Part shown: one piece after another, positions 1-14,181 of the stretch | Layout: each line of letters begins with the position of its first letter | Numbering within the stretch: position 1 is the first letter of the stretch | Assembly: GCA_976226885.1 (NCBI GenBank) | Contig: OZ320316.1 | Coordinates: 77,438,001 to 77,502,000, forward strand | DNA from: Iphione sp. A-MEVVRFRX5 | Lineage: Eukaryota | Direction of reading: 5' to 3' | DNA length: 64,000 nucleotides | Translations under genes and position numbers: made by a program | Notes under the pieces: generated by a model | What the model saw: the letters and a program-made list of their open reading frames with translations, nothing else | Database searches by the model: none | What the model was told of the DNA's origin: nothing

Positions 1-759
1 AGGATGAGGTTTTACTAGGTAGGGGTGGGTTACCAGAAACGCACTTTTTCCCTGATGCTGCATATGGTAGTATCAAACCATCTGTTCATGACATGTTAAC
101 TAATGAGAGAGCAATTTCTTCTTCTTTGGGGTTGGTCTAAATTTGGGATACATTATGCAATTTTTGTATGTTTTTGGTTTCCTCAATATGACAAATCAGG
201 AGTTTATTTGGATATTGCCATGGGAACACCACACAGGCATATTTGCATCTGCCAACCACATTGTGTATCTATGACATATAGTGTTTATTATAGAACTAAC
301 CTGAACCAACAGACACTTCTCATTGTATTTTTCTTTTAAATAAAGCGTAAATTGTGAGCATGCATTGCCCCAATTTGTGTATGTTGTTGGTTCTTTCTAT
401 ATATATGCATGTATATGTGATGAACGTCCCTCAGTGTTCAAAAGAAAAATGATGTTCCCTACTAGCAATCTCTGTGTTTCTACCAATGAGAAGAAATAAA
501 ATATCTGAAATTGTGAGTAATGACCACAAGCAAACTATAACAACTTTTATGTGGCAAGGAATTGTATACACGCAGTACCACCGTTCGATTTTACAGTGAA
601 TAAAGAAACCAACTTTTTCAATTGTTTGGTATAACCTTTGGCAAAGGCGATATTTATCATATCATTAGCTATTGTATACATTGATAATGAATGTTATGAG
701 AGAGTTCAGTTCAGAAAGGTTACTACGAGAGTATTGTGCTTCCCGAGGATCATGATATT

Positions 760-2300
760 AAGTAAACTGTGCTAGAAATTAGTAATATGGTCCATTAGTA
801 AACTTTCCAATGACTGTTTCACTTGATGGTAACAGGAACAGTTGAAATGCATATCGACCATCTTCAAAACATATGGAATCAATATATGCAGGAAAAATAT
901 CTGTCCAGTATGGAAGACTGTGCAACCGAATAGATTGGCCTATAGCCTCAGACTGGAACCTCTACAAGGTGGACAACTGGAAGTTATTGGATCAATGTCC
1001 TTCACCTTCACCTGTATATCTCAATAGGGTTGGAGGATCTCTGCATCACTACATTGTTTAAATATGCTGTAGGTCTCAAATCCGCTGTATCTGTCTACTA
1101 ATCCAGAAAGTAGTTTAATTGGAAATTTTGGAAGGCCCTATTTGAAGAAGTCATTTTTCGGAGAAGTCAAACTGTCACACTTTTGCATGGCCTATAAGTC
1201 AATCGCATTCACTTTCGATGTTTATTTTTTCAGGCAACTGAACATAACTCCTAGAACATTAAAGACAATGCCAGAGATCAGGGCACAAAGCGTTATCTTC
1301 AACCTAGCTACTTTTATAGTCTAGCCGGTAAGATCTTATATTTTGGTGATGATAAATGGGAATGTCAACAGTATTTTGTTTATCGACAAAACAATCATAT
1401 CTAACTCATTTTAACAAAAGTTAAAGCTCGTCATTCAACATGCATATGTTTTACCCTAGGATAGGAAAAGCGTGCGAGGACTATTCAGGAAAGTTTGCAG
1501 AGTAAACAGGCGACATCTGAAGGAGATCTTTAAAACCTCCCTTGGCCGACAGAGCCTTGATTCTCTGAACGGCATAGCGCAAGTAGTGCCTTGAGGCTAT
1601 GTGTATTCATTCCATCTGCTCATATTTACGTTCGATATGACATTTGTTGAACGTCTTTCTTATTTTATACCAGGGTAAGATTGTCCGGAGGCATGGCAAA
1701 TGCTTTGTACGTATTTTTTTTCCTTTTGATGAAAAGATGTGTAATAAAACGCGCACCTTCGTTCACTTTCACGAGCCAAGTGGAAATATTCCTTTTACGC
1801 TTGTTATAAGTTTTCGTTCATTCCGTTGCTTATATTAATATTTAGTTTTAAAAACAGAAAGAAAACTGACACATGGCGAGGGAAACAACAGTCGCACAAG
1901 GGCAAATTGTATTGTATTTGGCACCATGCCAAAGGACTCATAAAGCTCTATATTTGTTTCATTCTTGGTTTTCCGTCGGTTTTCATAATATTGCGAAGCA
2001 TCAAACATCTGACAGACTCTGCTCCACCCTCATGTAAATATGTAAATGATCCCTAGCTCTATACCCGGGCCCAAATTCCCTCGGTCTCTTGGCTTTCCTT
2101 CTCCCCTAATGCACCTTCCATTGCCTTCCCTCCATACGAATGCTTTTTTTGTAAATATCTTCGTACCCTTTCTCTTTAAATTTCCCTCTGTTGGCTTAAT
2201 GTTACGTTGGCATGAATTCATGCCGCTGCCGATTTGTTCCTCCTTTATCAATTCTATTATCATTGAACAAGTAGAAGAAGCTGTACGTTATAGTGTTTCT
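760..2300 (-). pseudogene. Highly decayed Ty3/Gypsy pol relic (possible RT and integrase fragments)
   Basis: Manual minus-strand translation across stops and frameshifts gives LVDRYSGF (cf. integrase VDxxSxW/F), FQSEAIGQ...PAYIDS..DGR (cf. FxSxxF..SSPYxPQSNGxAE) and FDASQYY (cf. RT LDAxxGY). Too degenerate to be certain. Confidence 0.35.
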
Positions 2301-4874
2301 CTCTAACATCATTGTTAACTCTGCGCTACGTTACGGTTTCATGGTGATCAGTCCTCACCTTCGGCACTTAGAAGCAAATGTTGCCTTGAGAGGGTTAAGC
2401 AGGCCAGAAGGTCATTACTTTAAGGTAACCTGAGAAAGCTGTGTTGTTTCATTCGCTCCTGCTGGGGACTTCCTAGATCAACTGGGCACGCAATGTGTCA
2501 CTTAAGTAAACGTGGATCAAATCCGAGATGAAATTACACCTTCCTCTCTAATATTAATGCAATTCATAAAATGTATTTATCTCCATAGTGTTACTAATGA
2601 ATTCTCTTGTTTTAAGAGAAATTTGACAAAGATGTTTTCAAACGCAGGCTATTATGATTGAAGGCAAGTAGATCTGATATATATACAAGGGGGGACGAAA
2701 TATTCTGTTAAAAAGGAAGGCACCAATAATTTTACCTTTTGGGGACCAAATTGTCATAATATTCATTTATATCAATAAATGAATTGATTTGTTTCTTGCG
2801 AATGACCACTTATAATAAACAGGTAAAGGTCCATTTGGCTTTCCACAGAATAGTCTCTTATAATCCGCAGACATGCACAGCAGACTGTTATACGAGGCGT
2901 TGTACTCTTTTACAGGGTCAAGGCAAGGCGCACTTGGTTACTAAACACAGCCAGCTTCTCCAGACGGCACCAGTATCGAGGAAAGATGTGGAGTAGTGGC
3001 GGGGCTGTGAGGGGCTGTTAGTGGCTGAGGTTAAAGAGGTACTGTGGACTGCACCTGAAGACAACCCGCTAATTGACAGACCTTTCCAGTGTATTTACCT
3101 GCCACGGGAAGTCTCCACCTGTTCGTCCCCAGCACCTAACCACGTTCTCGCCAACATAGATGACCACGCTTTAGATGTAGGAAAACAACACGCAAACCAT
3201 GGCATAAAATATGAGCCATGAGAAGGGGAGGGAATATGATTTTTAAGTAAAGAACAGTCGGGCTTCAAACGACGGATAGGGACTCCAACGAAAACAAATA
3301 ATCAAGTAGCAGATGCTTTCTTTTTCCATTTTTACGAACCAGAATAAACTGAGTGCACCTGTTCATAGATCTTTCTCGCTGATGAGAAACTAATCAAATC
3401 GGTTTGCGATAATTGTGGACACAAAAATTCTTGGATTTAGATTCTTTTGAATTTGGTAGTCAAGCGTCCTGTAGCCTTAATACTTGCTTTAGCAGCGTGT
3501 CTATTCCACAACCAACACTGCCTCGATTAATTATCGCAATACCTAGGAGTACGTTGACGACGGACGATAAAAAATTCCCTCGTGTCTTACACTCCTGTCT
3601 TTTTTCTGTCCACAAACTCCATCCTTTTTCCTGTTTAACTACCCGCCCACCTGGTGCCTGATCCATCTCGTGACCAGACAGGTGCCTTTAGGAAGCTAGA
3701 GAGGTGGGCCAGCGGGCGGCTCGGTTGTCGGCTTGGAGCCACACCTGTGTGCCACAAACCTGTCAAGGTACACGCGGGGCGGTACTGTGGAAGGGTCGGA
3801 ATAAGGAGGGGGCGTGGCGGGGTTAGCGTGCAACTCTAATGGACCAAACTCGCGCACTCGCCTCCTGTCTGCGTCGGTCGAGCTGCGTGCAGTGCACACT
3901 CCTTCATCACCGTCCTTTATAATCGCCGATCAGTGAAGGGTCGTCTTCCCAGAGATGTTTACCAGAATCACGGTTTTTTTTCACTCTCAGGAAGCAGACC
4001 ACCTATGAGATTTACATGCAATCCCGACCTTGTTAGCATTTCCCATAAATAGGTCGCCGCACAAAACCTGTCATTCCGTATGCAATGCATCTACAACAAT
4101 GAAGGTTAAATGAGAAAAGGGTGACGTAAATCAGAATTGCGTTATATTTTTTCGCAAGCTGTAGAGAACCAGAAAAAGGAAGATTCCGAGAAATCCCTTG
4201 TCTTTCATCTAGAACGTGCTGCTTCTTTTAAAGTTTTCTTCGACGAGCAGAAGTCCTTATGCAAGAAACAATACTAATCCACGGAGCCTTTAGAGACGGG
4301 TTTCTTTCATCCAAAGCATAATTATCAAGGCTGCAAAAAGGGAACTGGCCACTGTCATTTATCATCTGACTGGAACTAATGCAGCAGAGGGCTCACTGGG
4401 ATTTCCTTTAGGAAACTGAGGCAGAGAAATTCTCGTCGCCTTGGACTGCAGAGGAATTGATTAGGCCTAGAGTTAGAGCGTTATGAGGCCGGCCATTGCG
4501 GGATCAACGAGGATCGTGGGGCTGTTCGCGGACCAACACCCGTCAGTATGCTGCGTTAGCCGCTGTCGTTGTTTTGCTCTTGCGAACCAAGAAAGGAGTA
4601 ATACCTAGTCGTTTCCGACTGTCATGTAGACCCCGTAATCTGGCCGCCGCCCGGCCTCCGGCTTACGATTCATCTATTTGCCTGCAGCAATAGACAGGTA
4701 AATAATTGAAGGCAGGAGAGGTCCTACCTTAGCTCGTAAATATCCGCTTGTGCGTCCCGCCAGCACTGGGACAAATAAACTGACAAACATACGTGCATGT
4801 TACCCAGAGGACTTCAGTTGGCTTGGCCCGATAACAACATCTGATGTGATCTATTCGTAATAACGCGTGTATTT

Positions 4875-5393
4875 CTAGCCGGGGAACCTCTCCCCGTGTG
4901 TTCTGCATGTGATTGTGCTTATAGATTTGCTCGCCCTTATAACAAACACATGCGCATACTTTAAGAAGTCAGTGAGGAGATGAATACGCAAAAAAAGACG
5001 GTTGACATTGGGAAAAAGATGAAACCTTAGTTTTTGTATAGAAACGGCAAAGTAATCATTGTTCGTTATGGTTGATAATATAAATGATAGAACATTTTCC
5101 TTCGGCAACGCGAACTGCATGACTAACATCAATTTTAAGCGTAGTAGGAAAATCTCTGAATCATCGCTGGAGCTTTCCTGGAAGAAGTTGTGCCTTTGTC
5201 GGGAAGCTGCACTTCTATTAAGCAACCCACTGCCTTTTACAAACAGTAGTAATGCATTTCTAAGGTAAGGAAGATATGATTGGCCAATAATGTTTTTTTT
5301 AAATCTTCCTACCGTCGCCCAGACATCCTGACCATCGCCTTCGCTAATGGATTCCCTCACGAGAGCGTCCACATAAAAACTCCTCCAATTCAA
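4875..5393 (-). pseudogene. Gag-like ORF remnant of an LTR retrotransposon (172 aa)
   Basis: RQRHNFFQESSSDDSEIFLLRLKL..QFA..ENVLSFI resembles the Gypsy/BEL gag motif RxxFxxRxQxxxESxxxFxxRLxxLxxxCxF. Same strand as, and upstream of, the pol-like relic at 760-2300. Confidence 0.35.
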
Positions 5394-7629
5394 TTAGGGT
5401 GGGTGGTTGTGTCTTGTGAAAGCCGTACCTATCCCGAGTTTGTCTGAATCATGAATGAGGTGAAATAGACGTACTCATTTCTGTAATGGAACCACAAACC
5501 TTTGGTAAGCATCTGAGGGCTACGTTCATGCCAGGGGTCGCACCATGGATATGACAGGGGAGCCAAGCTGAATTAATTATTTTTCAGACAGGCGCCTTTG
5601 CCGAGAATTTTCGACAACGCCGCCATCGACACAGCGTGGGCTTAAGTTGATTAAATTAATTAAAGCACATAAATGATAATTGCGACGGAATGGTTGGTCT
5701 TCCTCTTACTGGCAGTCGGCAGTATTGGTACTGACGACATCGGGTAACCACAGTATAATCATTGTTGCAGTCTCTGTTCAAATGTTGTCGTCTATAATTT
5801 GTAACAATCCGAACACGATGCCCCGCGCACTTTACTGCGCATACGATGCGGCAGACTACACCCTCCATATCGTTCTGCTGAGGCACTGTGGTATGTAGTC
5901 CTCAAGTGCATGAAGTAGGAAATGGCAACAGAACTGCAGAACCTAAGCCGAAGCAGACCGTTTCTCGTAAAAGTGAGGTCAGTGCTTACCGTATCAGAGG
6001 TGTTGGCCTCATCTTTCGTGCATATAGCTCAAGCAGGTGAGTAACCAAGTGAATAGCATGTCTCGCAATGAGACATGTGGGACACACTGAATATTTCTCC
6101 CAAATAACTGAGCGATTCCTTTGGTCACGTCAGGCTCATCGGGCGTCCGACACGTCTAAAACCTTGAAATTGCCCAAATCGGTTTTGGGCAAGCAATAGA
6201 ATGGTAATATTCCTTCGGTTCCATCAGTCTCCCCTGTTCCGAGCCCACCGCCCCGCTCCCTCCCCTCCATCAATTTGCCCCTACCATCTATTTCTACCTT
6301 TAGCCTCCTAGAGCGGAATAAGGATAGACCATGTCCGCCGGCTATACTGGCCTCAACTCTCAAGTTTGCATCTCCTGGAGGATTACTCCTCCAGGCTCTT
6401 ATAGCGTTTGCTGGAAGCCGGTTTGGCCCTGCAGAAGGGTACCAAGCCGAGAGATGGCTAGGGCTGCTTGGGAAGGGGGAGGATGCTCTGATTTGGGCGT
6501 GAGAGTCTAATCCACCGACCGCCGGTCACACTTTGATTTCATGCGCCGAGTCCGATTCCCTGGAGGAGACTCTTGTCGCCTGGAGACTGTGTGCTTAAAC
6601 ATTGGACAAAACGTATCCACACCTCCTGCATGAGGAAACCTCCGTTTGGCCCTCTCTTGAAGTAATGCGTATTCGTGGAACATATTATTCGCTCCCTCTT
6701 AAAACACGGGCAGGAAACATGTGAAGACGGTGTAAAATAAAACTGATAATTTATGTGTTAGTTTTGTTGTCTATGTCTGTAATACATATTTGTGTAAAAC
6801 TGATTGTACAAGCTTATAATTAGTTTCAAGGCTCAATTGTGTACCTGTCGAACATATTAATGTTCATATTATATCATGGCGTAGCTAATGTGTTTTACAC
6901 GCAAGAAACCAAGTTTATGGAAGTATTGGGTCTTAGCAACTTCCGAAAATATCTATAGGCATCGATTATTTTAGACGGCTAAAATTTCATCGAGAGGCAA
7001 GAACACCGACCGGCAATTGATGCAAACTGCTTAGTTACCACGCCACTGCTTACAGCCGTAGAGCAAAAATGATATTAATTGTATTTTTTGCCTAAAAGGC
7101 GTTTTTAATTGAAGTGTTAAATGATTTGATTTGTATGCCATTTCAGCATGTCTAGAGTGAACAATGTACCGTATTTCACATCGGCGTCAATTAAATATTA
7201 AGTGGTCACATTGGGACAAATGCATGACGTATATTCCATAACATTTTAAGGAAAGATAATAGCGAAAGAAACATCAAATGTTTTCATCTGACATGCTCGG
7301 CGAAAACCGATAAGAATTTCGGAATCTCCGATAAAGCAATAGGGTGTAATGGTATTATTTGACGACGAAATATGTTAATGGCCTTTACAGCTTTCGTGAT
7401 CGCTGCCGGTCAGCTAAGAACAATGCTTAATAGTGCATTCCTATCGTTTTTAAATTCATCTTTCATTTGCATATGTTATATCGACTACTGAGTTATTGCC
7501 ATATTTATTGATACAGCATTCCTGAGGTGGAAGAAAGATGTGAAGGTATTTAGGTATATAAAGGAAAAAGTAACAATAACAGATCTTTTGATGTCAAAAT
7601 GAAAGTGTCCGTAATAAATGAAGACTGTT

Positions 7630-8878
7630 TGAAGATAGGTCAGTCGAATGTAAGAAGTTAGTTACTTAAGGAAGATATTACTAGCGGAGCTAGTAGGTTG
7701 CCTACATAATGGAGCTAAGGAATGGAACTTTAGGAACAAGGAATACAATACATGTAATCCGAATGGGTTTTTCAAGATAGGTGAGGGAATATTGATTTGC
7801 ACTATATAGAGACTATTTTTCCATTTAAAGAAGCACTGAAAGAAGCAACACATATACTGAGCACCGTGTTCCGATAAATAGCTATATTAAACAAATAGTA
7901 TGCATGATTATCAATATCTATCCAACTGGAAAAATGCCGTAGAGCATTTAGCAGTATAGTGAGGTACACAGGGGCATCGTACACTACATAAAAGCTTCAC
8001 TTTGCCCATAGGATGCTCTCTGATTTCATGTTGGTCCATGTTAGGGAATATGCACCTGAATATTGTAAGCGAGGCCAATAATAACGTATTTCCCATGCAA
8101 CGAGGTACATTAAAACAGGTAAAGCCTTTCTAAGTCAGTGTATAGAAAAACGAAGGAGATGCAATTCCCAGCCAAAATGATGTCACAATGGGGAAGGAAA
8201 CCCACGTGAACCTACTAGTGCAAGCACTGAAAGTGCTTGTTCAATTAAAAATGAGAGATCTATAGGTAAATTTGCGGGAAGAGAGAACGGCAATTCTAAA
8301 AGGAAGCATATGCAGTGTCACAACAGATATAACTTTAGAAGTCACGAAATGACATTCACAATATACTTTGCTGGCAACAATGAAAGGTAAGTTAGAGCAT
8401 AGTTATACACAGAAGATTATAAATATGCACTGAGCAGAGTACTTGGTATGATCAAGTATGTTATGGTGTAGTGATTGACGCAATAAGTGCCTTGGTGGCG
8501 TATTGAGAATGTGAAAACATTAGTTTATACTACAGTAAGAGTTCACTGCCTCCTGTGCAGCCAAATTCCATTGAAAATGCAAAGTAATAACTTCAGCAAG
8601 GGGAAAACTTCAGGCCATACATGCTGTACGATAAATGGAAAATTGTCACAAAGCCTCGTAGATATTGACAGGAGTCTGGCATACCAGACCAATGATGTAC
8701 ACTTCGTATAGACATCCAGAAATTTATCATCACATGTAGTCTATGCAGTGGTATGTCCTATCAAACCATTTAGAAGTGAGACTAAGGATAGGACATGGGT
8801 TAATGAAGAGGTTTTGCATGTGAGAAAAGGAAGAGGAACAAACTATTCCATCGAGTAAGAACAATTGGCAACAAGGTG
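7630..8878 (+). pseudogene. CR1/L2-type LINE ORF2, 5' part (APE endonuclease and linker), interrupted by the EnSpm element
   Basis: LKIGQSNVRS*LLKEDI at ~7630 (APE start LKIxxLNVRSLxxKxDE), KPF.VSV.R at ~8115, and CPIKPFRSETKDRTWVNEEVL..KLFHRVRT up to 8878 (CR1 linker PxxxxxxxxxxPWIxxEI). Many stops and frameshifts. Confidence 0.7.
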
Positions 8879-8901
8879 CACAGCCAAAAATCACTTTCTT
8901 G
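8879..8901 (+). repeat. Left TIR of the EnSpm element
   Basis: CACAGCCAAAAATCACTTTCTTG, preceded by TG. Confidence 0.9.
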
Positions 8902-9329
8902 CTTCAAGAAAACTTCTTATTTTAAGATACATTTTCATAAAATGAGATAATATCTCATCAGACCTATCTTGAAAAATAGTAAGTTTGGGATGGTTTAAGA
9001 TATTTGAAGTTAATCTTACTTGAAATAAGAAAATATCTTTTTTTATCTTCTATCAATAGCATAATTTGAGATAATTAGAACTATTTTCTTATTTCATTAG
9101 AAATATTTGCGTTGTATTTCTTAAATGAAGAAAATCCAATGAACACATTATTTTGATACATTTTATTATAATTGTCTGATGAAAGAAATAATCTGATGAG
9201 CAAAATCATTTCACAAGAAGAGAACTTACTGTAAAATATGTTCCACAGAACAAGATAAACATTTTTAAAATAAAATAACTAAAAATGAGATATTTTGCAT
9301 AATATATAACTACACGAAATGTATAACAT

Positions 9330-12300
9330 CATAGTTCCCTTGGATAAGTGTGTTATAAGTCAGACATATTGTAGATTATGATTTGTACTGCTGTTTATTA
9401 CTACCAGAAACTTGGACTTGTATGGCCTAAGACAAATCTCTAGGCTAAACAAATGGAAAAGTACCTTTTACCTCCTTGCTTCTTGTTATGGCCAATTTAC
9501 ATTTAGCAAAGGATCTTCTACACCATAACCTTTTCCTCATTATATAGTTGAATGATATCTGTTAAATCATAATTTGCTACAATAAACTGATCCTCACCAA
9601 CAGACAATCCAGTGAATGGCATCTTGTGTATCAAATTGTCGAATGTTGTCTAAACATAGCCCTCTGCTAGAAGAGGGACTTCAATCTGATATGACTGCCA
9701 GTTTTTATTAAAATGAACAGTATCAAATACTTGTAATTCTAGAAAAATGTCACTACCATCATTACAGGAGTAAATTCCAAGTAATAAACTGAAACAAGAA
9801 TGTACTTCTGTGGTGTCAACGATCACATATGTTTGCTCTATGATGTATATCATTCCATATACCTGAATAGACTTACTTTTATAAATGATATTGTCATCAG
9901 TGGCAATATGGCAAAGTAGTTCTATCTTCTGTTTCACATAATCCTTATCTTTACCTGTGACCTTTATTGCTTTTCCAATGTTTTTCTCATCGCAAAATAG
10001 ATAATGTTCTTTCAGGTTTTCACCCATATTGATAGATTCAGAAATCTGGGACTCTGTTGCTATGGATTTTGCTAAATTTATATAATTTTGTGCTTTTGCA
10101 ATACGTTTGTACTGTACATGCTTACCCTCACAGCGCATACACCAATATCTAATAGCTGGACCAAGCTTCTTGATATTTTAGGGTAAATGTAGTAAATAGT
10201 GATGTTTTGGTAAAATTTTACAGTGAGGAAACAACTTTTAAAACATCATTAAATGATTTTTTTTATCAAAGACTTAAGATTTGAAAGGGTAGCATAGCTC
10301 AGAACTGGTGCCATCAGTATTTTCACTATTTCCACTAATTCTATGAAAAATGAGTAATTGTCAGTATCTGTGTTAACCAGTAAAGAGAATATAAATGGTA
10401 TTATTTTTAGTAACACCACAGTCTGACTGGATGACTGCTTTATTTTGTTATCATTAGAATGAAGTGTATTCAATTGTAAAAGGGTTGGTTTTGAGCTTAT
10501 ATCATGATATCCATAGTTGAAATTTACAAGATGATCATTAAACTCTTTCAAAGTGAAATCTTGAACATCTAATATATAAAATTTTAATAATTCCTTCAGT
10601 TCATACTGTGCTACACCTTCAAAGATTAATGCATGATATCCTGGGGTAAACAAATTGAAACATCAAAATATGGAACTGCTAGCAGAGCACTTCTTCTGTT
10701 AATACCATACAAAGTACTCAAATAATCTTTAATATATTTAGTATCTGCCCTTTCTATCTCTGTGCACATTTTCTTGTAGTTCTGTTCATTAAGTGAAGCA
10801 AAATTCTTTACACCAAACATTGTTTGCATGTCCTTATCAGTACGCTGACATTGACAATATTTATCAAATGCACCACAGACACCTTCTTTGAATCCACCAA
10901 TTAAGTTACTTGCTGGGGTATCTCCAACAACCAAATACAGGACAGCATGAAACAAGTTTTCCTGACCATGAATTTTAATGGGAAACCCTACACTTAAAGT
11001 CTGCATTTCATCTACAAAAGGTTTCAATATTTCATTTATGCCATACTTGTCAACAATACATCTATCAGCACATGCCAACAAACAAATTGCAGATAATTTA
11101 GATCTGAACTTAAGATTGATATTTGCAAGGGTAAAGTAAAACATAGTCAGTTTATGAGTCTTGCCAAGTGGGTTACATATTTCAATGTCATCAAGGTAGA
11201 CAATTACTGCAAGGGATGATTTTTTACCAAGAATTGGTATTGGTATTGGTATCTTGGTATCTTGATCAGCATCTTGAATCTCCTTCATAAGATGTTTCTT
11301 CAGTTGTTCTATGCTTTGAGAAATCAGTGCAGAACAGCCGTCAATCATATCACTCATCACTGCCTGTAAAATAAGATATCAAAGAATCAGCCATGGCCAA
11401 ATACTTTACTTACTAGGTATTCATAGCATGCTGGTGAACTGGTTGACTTTTCAGACCATACAGTACGATACTGAATTTTGGACAGGTCAACTACATGGCC
11501 AAAGGGTTAATTCTCCTGATTGCAGCTGGAACCAAACATTTCTCCAGGTTCTATGCAAAAAGAGCAGGAATATAGTGTATTCAGAACACTGGGCATCTCA
11601 TTCTGTAGTTTTGGAAGACCAAATGAATTTTAGCATCGAGAATATGGGCAGGTATGAATTTTAAATGGAAGAAATGACTAAATGGTAAGGCATAAAATTT
11701 TTAAAATAAAGTGTTCCCTCAAGGAATGGCTTATCAGACACTTGTGCATTGACCTAAGACAATGAAATCTAAGATAACTCTGCAGAATAGGCTACAATGC
11801 AGACAAAATTTCTCCTACCCTACATTTGGTTCCTTAAGTTAGAGAAAACTATGAATTTAAATAAAATAAGCAGCACTTATGGTATCACATGTGTAAGGCT
11901 GTGCTTTGTCTTCATGCCAATTGAAAACTGCACTGCATTTTGTGTAATATTTGGTGCATTCTGATGTTCAGTAATGTCATCATCCTGAAACAGAAGTACA
12001 AAGCTTTAAGTAACATTCATTAATTACTGGGCTTTTAGGTCTTTGACCACAATATAAATTATTACTGAGTCTTCATCTTTGATAAGGAAGTGTCACAATT
12101 TGCATAAATTTTTTCAGCTATATCTAGCGTAATTCAAATCTGAAATATTACCCGTGTTAAAAAGAAGTGACTTCAATAATTCCTTAAATAATCATTTTTA
12201 AAAAAGAAATTACTTACACTGGAATTATTGACTTCATTCTGTATAGTAGCAAGATCAGCATCTATTGCAGAATTGTTATTTATTCCCTGTTGCATACTGA

Positions 12301-12546
12301 GAAATTCTTCATTGTCCTGTATAACATTTCTTGGAACATAGTTGTACTCATCATTGTGATGTCTGGTGACATGCTGATAAATGTATTAAAGTGGTGAAAT
12401 GATAAAGGGTATCCATTTATTCCACATACCACAAAGAAATTGGGATCATGGGAATGACTCATATTCATATGGCTTAAAAACTCCTTGAGTGTTATTGTCA
12501 GGACCAGAAGGTATATATCACACCTCCAGGCCATCTTGTAGAGCAA
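9330..12546 (-). pseudogene. EnSpm-like DDE transposase, spliced and frameshifted
   Basis: N-terminal C2H2-like segment FLSHM..SHSHDPNFFVVCGING (12546-12280). GTAAGT donor at 12217-12212, acceptors TTTCAG at 11985 and TTACAG at 11364. Core motifs VYLDDIEICNPLG..HKLTMFYFTLAN, VVGDTPASNLIGGFKE..YCQC, LYGINRRS.L..PYFDV..CLPQDIMH, LIFEGVAQYEL and GPAIRYWCMRCEGKH..KRIAKAQNYINLAKSIA. Frameshifts near 10640 and 10200-10250. Confidence 0.87.
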
Positions 12547-14181
12547 ATAACCAGTAATTCTACTTGCAGATCCTAATGGGAAAAGAAAGGTACATGAAAA
12601 CCAACAAATTCTAACATGTAATAAACAATAAGTACCATCAAATTATCTAAATAATATAACTGACATCTGTTCCTGATGATTCTGTTTGTTATATATGTCT
12701 TGTTGGTAATGGAAATAGCAAATACATGTACAAATTATTTTTACCATGTTGATGTCTTTTGTTTACTTGTAAATGAAAGGTTTTGCTGTAGGGAAGTTAA
12801 TCAGCAAAACATGTACATATAGACAAGAAAGAGAGAGATAGAGACAAAGAGAGACAGAGACAGAGAGAGTGACTTACTCTCAGAGCAAGCTCCAAAGGAA
12901 TGCTCCCTTGCTAAGAATAGTGACCCTAAAATGACAGCTCCCTTCTTCAAAAGTCAAGGTCAGAATCATGGCACCACTTTTGAATGTTTGGATATACCAT
13001 TACAACTTCGGTTCTAATGCTTGGATTTTAATGCAGCTACTACCATTGGATTTGTCATTACCTAAGGAAGAGTTTGCAGGTATCCCTGTCTTTTTATCTT
13101 TACTAGATACGGAGATATTAGCGAAAACGTAACGTGTCGGAAATATCGCAAATCGGCCGTTTTTTTTTGTCATGAACACATTGTGAAAACAATAGTTGTG
13201 AAACATCTACTGGACCAAATCACACATATGAGCTATCGTATGAAAGGAAATTTAATGGGCTTTCTGAATATGTAAACTGTATCTTTGTATGTTAACTAGT
13301 ATGGCCATAGCGAATGAAAACGTATTGCATTGTATCTATCATGAGTTTGCTACTGATTTGTTTACATTCTTGGCACTTAAGTGGCTAACTTCAACTTGTA
13401 ATATGTATTTGATATAAAACCTCATATTAACCCTCAAAATAAAGTGTTCAGTCTGACCTAATGAATTTTTGCACTGTCAGACATATCCAACCATTGATTT
13501 TCATTTTGTAGAAATGGACACAATAAGTCTACAGTTTTACTCATATTTTGAACGGAGAAAATACTTTGACTCCTAATCCTATGTTACATTGTTACAAATA
13601 TTACAGACAATTTTATATGGTGTAATACATGACTGAAAGAGTGGTGTTTACTTACCTAATTCACTTGTCCAAATCAACCCAGGTCATGAAAATGTCATCA
13701 AGTGAGAATAGAACTCTTCAGAAGGAGGAACATTTGTTCTTAGAACTCTTTTGAAGTGAGGATTCCACACCCTGATTTTATCCCAGGTATGTGTACCATT
13801 ATCTGTAAACTATTTTTAATTTTCAGCTGAAAATTTCCTTTGATACAAAAACATTTTGTCATTCTGCATGTTTACAGGTTTTGTTGAGGAAAACAAAAAT
13901 TTACATAGTATATTTTTTGCATGGAATGATATGTAGACACTCACGTACATCAATACTGAATAGTTGATGGAAAAAATTTGACAATGGATTCTTTCATTCT
14001 TATCAGTGCAATTGACAGATCATTTCAAATCAGGGTTTACATTTTATGAATGAAATGAATGTTTCATCATCAGGAATGATCAAGGTCTATTATCGTTGAT
14101 TAATTTGGAGAGCATTTTGCTCTCAAATTTTAAATGGTGACAAATATGTCTCAGACAAATGACAGTATTTTGAAGTGAATG

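Noticed and set aside
2030-2263. RCIRGEGKPRDRGNL resembles the DnaJ C-terminal GEGMP..RGNL motif
   Set aside because: It is an isolated short match with no J-domain, splice context or downstream IxFxVxFP, and it overlaps a Gypsy-like relic.
3379-3390. CTGATGAGAAAC, hammerhead core words adjacent to each other
   Set aside because: There is no stem II and no complementary stem I or III.
6275-6502. SPGGLLLQAL resembling the L1/Tx1 GGLxLP motif
   Set aside because: It is a single short motif with no other supporting RT or endonuclease fragments.
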